Part shown: in pieces, positions 56,793-64,000 of the stretch | Layout: each line of letters opens with the position of its first letter | How positions within the stretch are numbered: the first letter of the stretch is position 1 | From: a bacterium | GTDB lineage: Bacteria; UBA8248 | Length of the DNA stretch: 64,000 nt | Assembly: GCA_965213685.1 (NCBI GenBank) | Contig: CBDBZY010000044.1 | Span: 128,001-192,000 of the forward strand | Direction of reading: 5' to 3' | The notes under the pieces: generated by a model | Databases searched by the model: none | Seen by the model: only the letters and a program-made list of their open reading frames with translations | Told to the model about the DNA's origin: nothing | Program-made: the position numbers and the translations under genes

Positions 56793-58058
56793 TCAGCGGC
56801 AGACCTCCCGGACGATGGCCTCGAATTCCGCATCCTCCAGCTGCCGCTTGCGCCAGCGGATTTCCCCCCGGACCCGCTCGACCACGTCTTTTTCCTTCTC
56901 CTGCGGGAGGTCGAGGCCCAGCTCCCGCGCCTTGGCGCGTATCGCCCAGTTTCCCGAATAGTGCCCCAAAAGATTGTGCATCCGGTTTCCGAACATCTCC
57001 GGCTTCATGCACGAATACGCCCAGAAGCCCTCCTCGGTGTCGGGCACGCAATAGTGGACCTCGACCAGGTGCGAGAACGCCGTCTTGCCGACGAAGGGCA
57101 TGGTGTTCGTCATGGGCCACTTCATGATGTCGGAGACGAGCCTGGAGAGTTCAGACATTTTCTCGAGCCGGATGCCGCAGTCGATCCCGTAATAAATCTG
57201 GATCACGGCGGCGACCTCGGCCAGGGGCGCGATGTGGGCGCGCTCGCCCAGGCCGTTCACGCAGGCGTCGAGCAGGTCGGCGCCGCCCTCCAGCCCCGCA
57301 TACAGCGCGGCGCACGCCAGGCCGATGTCGTTGTGGGTGTGCAGGCCGATTTGCGTGCCGGGCAGCAGGCGCTTCATCTCGCGGACGACGTAGGTGTATA
57401 CCGGCGCGATGGCCATGCCGTTGATGTCGTCGAGCTTGATCATGTCGGCGCCCGCGTCCACGAGTCCGCCGCATACCTCGGCCAGCCGCTCGATGGGAAT
57501 GCGCGTGCAGTCCTGGATCAGGCAGCCCACCTTCTTGTCGGCGCCGGACTTCTCCCGGGCGTAGGCCACGGAGCCGCAGGCGCGCTCTATGGCCTGCTCG
57601 ATGGTGATGTCCCGGTCTCCGGCCATCGATTCAAAAAGGCACATCTGGTTCGGCGAGAAGGAAAAGCAAAGGGTCGTGTAATCCGCCCCGTGCTCCACGT
57701 TCAGGTCGACTTCCACCTTGGCGAGTTCGGGGTTCAGGACGGCGGTGGGATGGACGAGGGCCTCCACGATGAGGTGCGGATGCCGCTTTTTCACCTCCTC
57801 CATCTCCTTGGGGTCGTCGTGGTGCATCTGCACCATGCGCACGCCGGCGTCGACGAGCGCATCGGCGATGCGGATGACCTCATCGCGCCGCAAGGACACG
57901 CCGGGGAGCTGCCGCCCCTCCCGCAAGGTGATGTCGCAGAGCTGGAATTTCTCGGGAAGCGTCATCCGCGAGCGGATCTCCTCCGAGAAGCAGTGCTGCG
58001 ATATCCTCCACTGCTCGGTGACGGGTCGCAAGTCGCTGTTGACCGGATAGCCTGGCAT
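56793..58058 (-). CDS. DRE-TIM metallolyase (LeuA/homocitrate synthase-like, no regulatory domain)
   Basis: DITLREGRQ, HTHND, NGLGERA, P.VG.TAFSH. Confidence 0.85.
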   Translation of the reverse strand: MPGYPVNSDLRPVTEQWRISQHCFSEEIRSRMTLPEKFQLCDITLREGRQLPGVSLRRDEVIRIADALVDAGVRMVQMHHDDPKEMEEVKKRHPHLIVEALVHPTAVLNPELAKVEVDLNVEHGADYTTLCFSFSPNQMCLFESMAGDRDITIEQAIERACGSVAYAREKSGADKKVGCLIQDCTRIPIERLAEVCGGLVDAGADMIKLDDINGMAIAPVYTYVVREMKRLLPGTQIGLHTHNDIGLACAALYAGLEGGADLLDACVNGLGERAHIAPLAEVAAVIQIYYGIDCGIRLEKMSELSRLVSDIMKWPMTNTMPFVGKTAFSHLVEVHYCVPDTEEGFWAYSCMKPEMFGNRMHNLLGHYSGNWAIRAKARELGLDLPQEKEKDVVERVRGEIRWRKRQLEDAEFEAIVREVCR

Positions 58059-58141
58059 TCCAGCCTCCTTTTCTCTGATGGGATGACGCCGCCGCCGCGC
58101 GGCGATGCGGGAAAACGGACGATCCGTGACGCATGGGCATA

Positions 58142-59242
58142 TCAGCACCCGCTTTTTCTGTCGGGGGCGATTTGGAGAATCTCCGCTGATTGCAGGACTT
58201 CGCTCTCGGACGCGCCCCCCGCCACGAGAATCCGCCGCCTCCCGATCCGGGTGGCGGTGTGCAGGCGCCTGGGACGTTTCATCTCGCCGCCCACCAGCCG
58301 GAAGCAGCCCCCCTCGGGTTCAAACACCTCCGCGCTGGCCAGGGTCCGGCCCCCGCCGCCCCAGCCCCCGATGAGAACGACCCTGCCGTCTGCGAGCAAT
58401 GTGGCGGTGTGCTGCTGCCGCCGCACCCGCAGTTTGTTTTTCAGGGAGACGAAAGTTTCCGTTTCGGGGTCGAACACCTCCGCGCTGTCCAGCGTTTTCT
58501 CCCTCCCGAGGCCGCCCGTGATGAGGACGCGCCCGTCTCGCAGCCGGGTGGCGGTATGTCGGCTCCTTTGTGTCGTGAGGCTTCTCACCAGGCGCGTTCT
58601 CCCCTGGGAGGGGATATAGCGCTCCGCGTATCGCGCCGCCCGTCCCTGTGCGCCGCCGACGAGGAGGATGGCGCCTCCCTCCAGCATGGTGGCGCTGTGC
58701 TGCTGGCGCGCGACGAGCATGGGCCTTCGCGCGGGGGTGAAACGCCCCTCGTCGGCCGCGTAGATTTCCAGGTGGCGAACCGCGCGCTTCCCGTCGTTGC
58801 CGCCGGCGATGAGGAGGTCTCCGCCGGGCAGTCTCGTCGCCGTGTGATCATAGCGGCCATGCTTCATCAGGACGCGCGAGACGGGGCCTCCGCCGGGTTG
58901 TATGAGGAGGGAATCCCGGAGCGCCTCGCCCCCTTGCGTCCAGCCGCCGGAGATGAGGACGCCGCCCTTCAGGAGGGTGGCCTTGTGCCAGCCGCGCGCC
59001 CGCAGGCCTGCAGCCTGGCGGGAGCGAAAAACTCCCTGGAGCGGGTGGTATGTTTCCAGGCTGGCGAGCGGGGAGGTTTTTGTGAGTCCCGCGATGAGCA
59101 GGATTTCCCCGGATGCGAGCCTCGTGGCGGTATGCCCGTGCCGGGGGGTGCCCATGCTTCCCGCCGGGGAGAAATCCCCCTCGCCGCCGCAGGCGGCCAG
59201 GGCGACGCCGAGCAGAAAGCATGCGGCCGTTCGCGTTCCCAT
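58142..59242 (-). CDS. Kelch-repeat beta-propeller lipoprotein
   Basis: Lipobox LAAC; seven RxxH(T/S/K)ATxL...GG-type repeats. Confidence 0.85.
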   Translation of the reverse strand: MGTRTAACFLLGVALAACGGEGDFSPAGSMGTPRHGHTATRLASGEILLIAGLTKTSPLASLETYHPLQGVFRSRQAAGLRARGWHKATLLKGGVLISGGWTQGGEALRDSLLIQPGGGPVSRVLMKHGRYDHTATRLPGGDLLIAGGNDGKRAVRHLEIYAADEGRFTPARRPMLVARQQHSATMLEGGAILLVGGAQGRAARYAERYIPSQGRTRLVRSLTTQRSRHTATRLRDGRVLITGGLGREKTLDSAEVFDPETETFVSLKNKLRVRRQQHTATLLADGRVVLIGGWGGGGRTLASAEVFEPEGGCFRLVGGEMKRPRRLHTATRIGRRRILVAGGASESEVLQSAEILQIAPDRKSGC

Positions 59243-59313
59243 CTCGCCCGCCCTTTCGTTTGGCCCGCCCGGGAGGGGGAGGCTTCTTCCCGAAAGCCCC
59301 CCGGAGTCATGTA

Positions 59314-59322
59314 TGGTATAAT
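59314..59322 (+). promoter_or_regulatory. Extended -10 promoter
   Basis: TGgTATAAT about 40 bp upstream of the ATG at 59364. Confidence 0.55.
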
Positions 59323-59363
59323 AGTTTCTCATGTTCAAAATCCATTCCGTGCGTGGAGCCGTT

Positions 59364-60311
59364 ATGCGCGAGGCGGAGGAGGTGCGAAACGTCGCGGTCG
59401 TCGGCGGCGGATATGTGGGCCGGGGCGTGGCGCAGCAGTTCGCGGGGGCGAACTTTCGCGTCCTGGTGTACAACCGAAGCGCGGAGAGCGCCGCCCGTGC
59501 GCGCGCGGAAGTCGAAAAAAGCCTGGACATCCTCGTCGAGGCCGGCGTGAAGAGCAGGGGGGACGCGCGCGATATTCTGGAGCGCATCGCCTGGACCCGA
59601 AACTTCCGGGAGGCCGTCTCGGGCGGCGATTTCGTCGTGGAGGCGGTCAGCGAAGACTTGGCGCTCAAGCGGGATGTCTTCGAGCGGATGGATGCGATAG
59701 CTCCTCCGGACGTGATACTGGCGAGCGAAACCTCCGGCCTGGGGATGACGGAAATCTCGGCGCGGACGAGGCGCCCCGAGCGCTGCATCGTTACGCACAA
59801 TTATACGCCGCCTCACCTGATCCCCGTCGTGGAGGTGGCGGCCGGCCGCCGGACGAGCCCGGAGACGACGCGCATCACGTGCGCGCTGCTGGAAAAATCG
59901 GGCAAGCGGCCCGTCCTGTGCCGGGAGGTGCCGGGGCACATCGGGGTGCGGCTCACGACGGCGCTCCGGCGCGAGGCGTTTCACATCGTCGAAAAAGGGC
60001 ATGCGAGCCCCGAGGCCGTCGACGCCGTGTGGCGCGCCCTCGCCCCCCTTTTCCCGGTGTTGGGGGTGTGCATGCTCAGCGATTTCTCCGGCCTCGACGT
60101 GCTGCGCGACGTGCATCGGCATATCCAGCCCTCTCTGGATCACCGGGGGGAAGCCTCCGCCCTCATGGAGCGGATGGTGGAGAACAACCGGCTCGGCGTG
60201 AAGAGCGGCGAGGGGTTCTATCGCTGGTCGGCGGAGTCCGCCCGCGAGGCGGCACAGCGGCGGGATGCGGAGCTGATTCGCTGGCTCGGGAAAGGCGACG
60301 CTTCGGAATAG
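59364..60311 (+). CDS. 3-hydroxyacyl-CoA dehydrogenase family protein
   Basis: VGGGYVGRG, EAVSEDLALK, ASETS, HNYTPPHLIPVVEV, LGVKSGEGFY. Confidence 0.9.
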   Translation: MREAEEVRNVAVVGGGYVGRGVAQQFAGANFRVLVYNRSAESAARARAEVEKSLDILVEAGVKSRGDARDILERIAWTRNFREAVSGGDFVVEAVSEDLALKRDVFERMDAIAPPDVILASETSGLGMTEISARTRRPERCIVTHNYTPPHLIPVVEVAAGRRTSPETTRITCALLEKSGKRPVLCREVPGHIGVRLTTALRREAFHIVEKGHASPEAVDAVWRALAPLFPVLGVCMLSDFSGLDVLRDVHRHIQPSLDHRGEASALMERMVENNRLGVKSGEGFYRWSAESAREAAQRRDAELIRWLGKGDASE

Positions 60312-60366
60312 GGGCGGGTTCAAAACGCATGGATGCACTTTCATTCGTCATTCGGGAGGGACGCGC

Positions 60367-61584
60367 ATGGTGGATTACGTTCTGGACGATGATCTGAAAG
60401 CCTGGCGGGAGAGAATCGCCGCATTCTCGCGGGATGAGTTGCGGCCCCACGCCGCGGAATGGGATCGCCGAAACGGCGTGGAGCCTGCGCATCCCTTCCC
60501 CATGGAGGCCTTGAGAAAAGCCTCGAGGGCGGGCATCAGAACCCTGACGGTGCCGAAGGAGATGGGCGGTGCGGGCCTGGGCATATTCGCGCACGTGGTG
60601 CTGCTCGAGGAGCTTTTTCAGGGGGAGGCGGGCTTCGCCTCGGTCATCCACCAGGGCTGGAAGCTGGCCAAGATGCTCTGCCATTTTACGACCGACGCGC
60701 AGCGGGCGGAGTTCCTCCCCCGCTTCATGGACGTGGACACCTCCACCATGGCCATCGGCATGACGGAGCCGGGAGCGGGGACGGACAACATCATGCCCGC
60801 CACGAACGTCGACGGCGGAGCGCGGCTGTCCGCCGTGAAGCGGGGGGATCGCTGGATACTGAACGGGACGAAGCACTTCATCGCCTGCGCGGCGATGAGC
60901 AACGTCAACTTCGTGCTCGGCAGGACGAACCCGAACGTTCCCGTCAACGAGGGAACCACCATGTTCATCACCACCGACGAGATGCCCGGCTTCCGGCGCG
61001 GGACCATCCACGGGAAGCTGGGCGCGCGCCTGCTCATGAACGGCGAGCTCATCTACGAGAACGCCGAGGTGCCCGACGCCTGGCGCCTGAGCGCGGTGGA
61101 TGAGGGGCTGCCCTACATGGCCCGCGTCTTCGCCCGGCACTCGCCCACCACCGCCACCTTCGGCATAGGCATCGCGCGGGCCGCCTTCGAGGACGCCATG
61201 GCCTACGCGAAGGAGCGCGTCCAGGGAGGAAAACCCATCATCGAGCACGCCCGGATTCGCGAGCTGCTGGCCGACATGTATGTGGGCATCACCGTCGCGC
61301 GCGACGCCGTCTGGCGCGCCGCCTGGCACGCGGACACGGCCTCCGAGGGTGCCTACGATCACAAGGAGGGGATGCGCGCCGCCCTGTTCGCCTCCGAGAT
61401 GGCCCCCCAGGTGTGCATCAAGGCGATGAACGTCTTCGGCGGCAACGGCTACATGGACACCCATCCGGCCGAGCGCCACCTGCGCGACGCGATGATGTGC
61501 TACCACATCGATGGCCTGAACGACACCACGCGCCTGAAGCTGGGCCGCCTCCTGGCGGGAGAGGCGTTCGCCGGCGCGCTGTAG
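60367..61584 (+). CDS. Acyl-CoA dehydrogenase family protein
   Basis: MTEPGAGTD, LNGTKHFI, KLGAR, YAKERVQGG, FGGNGY, ERHLRDA. Confidence 0.92.
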   Translation: MVDYVLDDDLKAWRERIAAFSRDELRPHAAEWDRRNGVEPAHPFPMEALRKASRAGIRTLTVPKEMGGAGLGIFAHVVLLEELFQGEAGFASVIHQGWKLAKMLCHFTTDAQRAEFLPRFMDVDTSTMAIGMTEPGAGTDNIMPATNVDGGARLSAVKRGDRWILNGTKHFIACAAMSNVNFVLGRTNPNVPVNEGTTMFITTDEMPGFRRGTIHGKLGARLLMNGELIYENAEVPDAWRLSAVDEGLPYMARVFARHSPTTATFGIGIARAAFEDAMAYAKERVQGGKPIIEHARIRELLADMYVGITVARDAVWRAAWHADTASEGAYDHKEGMRAALFASEMAPQVCIKAMNVFGGNGYMDTHPAERHLRDAMMCYHIDGLNDTTRLKLGRLLAGEAFAGAL

Positions 61585-61690
61585 GGCGAGCGCCTCGGTT
61601 CGTCGATTCGGGATGGCGGAGGGGTTTCCTCATGGCCTCATCGGGGTGCCCGCCGATAGGGGCCTGTGGCGGCGGCGCGCTCCCCCGGGG

Positions 61691-62521
61691 CTAGGCGACG
61701 CCGCGTTTCCTCTTCCATTTCCGGAAATCTCTCCGGGCCTCTTCCGGCAACGCATGCCCGGGCTGCTTGTGATGGCACTCCACGCACAGGGCGCAGAGGT
61801 TTGCCAAACGATTGTCGGATTTGTCCCCGTTCATGTGATGGGCGTGAAGAAATTTTCTCGCTCTTTCCTCTTCGAGCAGGATGTCGCACTCCTCGCATCG
61901 CCACTGCGCTCTCTCCCGGCATATGCGTGAAAATGTTCCTTTATGGGAGGAATACGTGTTCGGGGGGACGGTGAGGAAATCCGGGTTTTTGGGGCGGGAG
62001 ACTTTCGTCTCTCCATATTTTTCAAAGAATTCCTGCAGGGAAAATTTGGCATATATTTGGTTTCTTTTAGTTTGTCCTCTTTTAGACCATCCACCTATGT
62101 TGTAACCCTTGTAGTTCAAACACCCTAAGCAATTTCTACATACGCGCATCTTTTTGAGTTTTTCTTTCGACGCGTTCTCGCGAACCCAAAAATTCCCGTC
62201 CGTCCGGGTCGATGCAACATATCTGTTGTTAAATCGGTCGGTCCTTTGGAACTCTTGTATGGTGTTGCAATTCGCCACATGGAATTTGTATGTATCATAA
62301 TGAGCGTGTTGGTCCCGAATATAGACGAGAACCTTGCGCCCCTTGAAGGTTATTGGGTCGTGGGGGCCGGTCACCCCTATCTCATCCGGGGTAACAGATA
62401 CCCCTTCCCCACCCAGGATAATGTCTATTTTTGTGGGCCCTTGCGGGTCAGGAACCAGTTTTTCGATGCCCATTTTCCAGAGAACCGCATCCAATTCGTC
62501 AAATCCGACATCAATTTTCAT
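61691..62521 (-). CDS. zorE: Zorya type II effector ZorE-like HNH nuclease
   Basis: GRKVLVYIRD, KFHVANC, MRVCRNCL..LNYKG, FSLQEFF, CEEC...HAHHMNGDKSDN..NL..LCVECH resemble ZorE as I recall it; ATG overlaps the zorB stop. Confidence 0.8.
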   Translation of the reverse strand: MKIDVGFDELDAVLWKMGIEKLVPDPQGPTKIDIILGGEGVSVTPDEIGVTGPHDPITFKGRKVLVYIRDQHAHYDTYKFHVANCNTIQEFQRTDRFNNRYVASTRTDGNFWVRENASKEKLKKMRVCRNCLGCLNYKGYNIGGWSKRGQTKRNQIYAKFSLQEFFEKYGETKVSRPKNPDFLTVPPNTYSSHKGTFSRICRERAQWRCEECDILLEEERARKFLHAHHMNGDKSDNRLANLCALCVECHHKQPGHALPEEARRDFRKWKRKRGVA

Positions 62522-63237
62522 GGCTTCCCCTTCTCGTTGATGATCTGCACGATTCTTTTCTCCGCGTTCGTCCGCACGCGAAACTCCACCCTCCTGGATC
62601 GCTCCCGGTTCTCGCGGCCATTCTCCAGCACCGGCTTGCTCGAGGAGAGGCCGTTCGCGGTGAGCCTCCGCTTGAGCCACCCGAAATCCCGGGATACCGC
62701 CGCCAGATTCAATACGTATTCCAGAACCGCCCGCGTCCTTTGCTGGGAGAGTTCCATGTTCTTGAAATAGGCGGTTTTCGCGTCGGGCGATATCCCCCAC
62801 TCGCTGGAGGTGTGGCCTTCGATGCGCACCTCCTCGATGTCGGCCTTGTATTTCGGGCCGGTGAGAATCTTCACGTATCGGGGGAAGAAGTCGACGAGGA
62901 TGTTCTGAAACTTCTCTTTCAGTGCGGCTTCCGCCTGCCCGAAAAGCACCTCGGGCTCCTGGAAGGTGATGGACAACGTGGCGCGATCTATCTGCGCGGA
63001 CCATCTCGGCAGGTCATCCGCAAACTCGCGCTTCAGGTCGTCATACAGGCTGTCCTGGAGGCGGTTGTAGGTGACGGCGATTTCCTCGATGCGCTGCTTG
63101 TCCGCCTGTACCGTGACCATGAATATGACGGTCAGGAACATGAAGATCATCATGGTCACGGCCATGACGTCCGCGATGGATATCCACGGCCCTTCATTTT
63201 CTTCTTCCTGGAGTGCATCAACGTCATGCATCGCCAT
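62518..63237 (-). CDS. zorB: Zorya protein ZorB (MotB/OmpA-like)
   Basis: WISIADVM single TM helix with conserved Asp; IEGHTSSEW, NMELSQQR, SRRVEF. Confidence 0.85.
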   Translation of the reverse strand: MAMHDVDALQEEENEGPWISIADVMAVTMMIFMFLTVIFMVTVQADKQRIEEIAVTYNRLQDSLYDDLKREFADDLPRWSAQIDRATLSITFQEPEVLFGQAEAALKEKFQNILVDFFPRYVKILTGPKYKADIEEVRIEGHTSSEWGISPDAKTAYFKNMELSQQRTRAVLEYVLNLAAVSRDFGWLKRRLTANGLSSSKPVLENGRENRERSRRVEFRVRTNAEKRIVQIINEKGKP

Positions 63238-64000
63238 TCGCCTTTCTTAGTATATCCATGACGCGCTTCAGCGCTGCTGCCAATGGCGTATAATCACTGG
63301 CGAATTGTTCCGATATGCTCGCCATTCTGCGCCCCAACTGGCTCAGCGTTTCTTTGAGTGCGTCTTCGAGTCCCTTGTTTATCGCATTCATCCTCGCATC
63401 GGTGCTCTCCTTGGCGCTGGTGAAGGCTTCCTCTACGTGAGTATTTAGTCGTGCGGCTACATCGGAGACGATCGTTTTCTGTTGCTCTTCGGCGTCCTCC
63501 ATGTATGCGCGCATGTGCTCGATGCTTTGCTTGGACGATTTGCTTACTTGCTCCATGGCGGCGGTGGCTGTTTCGTCCAGTTTGGAGAATCCGGCGATCA
63601 CCTTTTCGATGAATGCCCGTTGTTCGTCCAGCGTTTTCTGGTTTTCTTCCATGGACCGCCGCACGGCGCTGGCGAAACCCTCCGTGAGTTCGCCTACCTT
63701 GGCCCGTTGTTCGTCCAGGTTTTTCTGATTTGCCTCCATGGACCGCTGCACGGCCTCGGAAAGATTTTCTGACATTTGGAGGATCGCCTGCTCCGCGCTG
63801 GTGAAGGCTTCCTCTATGTGAGTTCTCAGTCGTGCGGCTACATCGGAGAAGATCTTTTTCTGTTGCTCTTCGGCGTCCTCCATGTATTTGCGCATGCGCT
63901 CGATGTTTTGCTCGGACGATTTGCTTACTTGCTGAATGGCGGCGGTGGCTGTTTCGTCCAGTTTGGAAAATCCGGCGATCACCGTCTCGATGAATTTCCG
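63224..64000 (-). CDS. zorA: Zorya protein ZorA, C-terminal helical tail (5' part outside window)
   Basis: Coiled-coil-like sequence ending LSQLGRRMASISEQFASDYTPL; overlaps the zorB start. Confidence 0.75.
   Translation of the reverse strand, partial: RKFIETVIAGFSKLDETATAAIQQVSKSSEQNIERMRKYMEDAEEQQKKIFSDVAARLRTHIEEAFTSAEQAILQMSENLSEAVQRSMEANQKNLDEQRAKVGELTEGFASAVRRSMEENQKTLDEQRAFIEKVIAGFSKLDETATAAMEQVSKSSKQSIEHMRAYMEDAEEQQKTIVSDVAARLNTHVEEAFTSAKESTDARMNAINKGLEDALKETLSQLGRRMASISEQFASDYTPLAAALKRVMDILRKANGDA
63414..63995. repeat. Internal direct repeats in zorA
   Basis: About 200 bp unit at 63414-63614 and 63795-63995 (381 bp period); about 53 bp unit at 63615-63667 and 63702-63754 (87 bp period). 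Confidence 0.9.

Noticed and set aside
62518-64000. Flagellar MotAB or a chemoreceptor
   Set aside because: The long helical tail, ZorB-type motifs and coupled HNH gene fit Zorya; no flagellar or chemotaxis genes are adjacent.

Overview
High-GC bacterial chromosomal window; lineage cannot be fixed from sequence alone. From 1 to 6.5 kb: two tandem MFS paralogs, a NifU-domain protein coupled to an amidohydrolase, an EamA transporter, an ACT protein and a PLP histidine/serine decarboxylase. From 6.8 to 31.3 kb: two back-to-back complex I operons, a complete nuoA-N followed by a divergent nuoABCDHJKLMN set lacking nuoE, F, G and I. Next come an orphan sigma54 promoter with a candidate sRNA, HAD and AIR-synthase-like genes and tRNA-Phe. 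From 33.9 to 64 kb is an accessory/catabolic region: a probable OsmC-like selenoprotein (in-frame UGA plus SECIS-like hairpin, split in the ORF track), DinB, an orphan xanthine-dehydrogenase-family Mo subunit, and two beta-class DNA methyltransferase/Mrr-like fusions that each carry a simple sequence repeat in the 5' coding region (C25 in frame; (AAGCGGGC)5 out of frame). It also holds a branched-chain-type ABC transporter, a deaminase plus DUF1116, an acyl-CoA catabolic cluster, a Kelch lipoprotein, and a type II Zorya anti-phage system whose ZorA tail is built from internal DNA repeats. A few single-base frameshifts in short homopolymers may be assembly errors. All calls are by-eye motif recognition; no searches were run.
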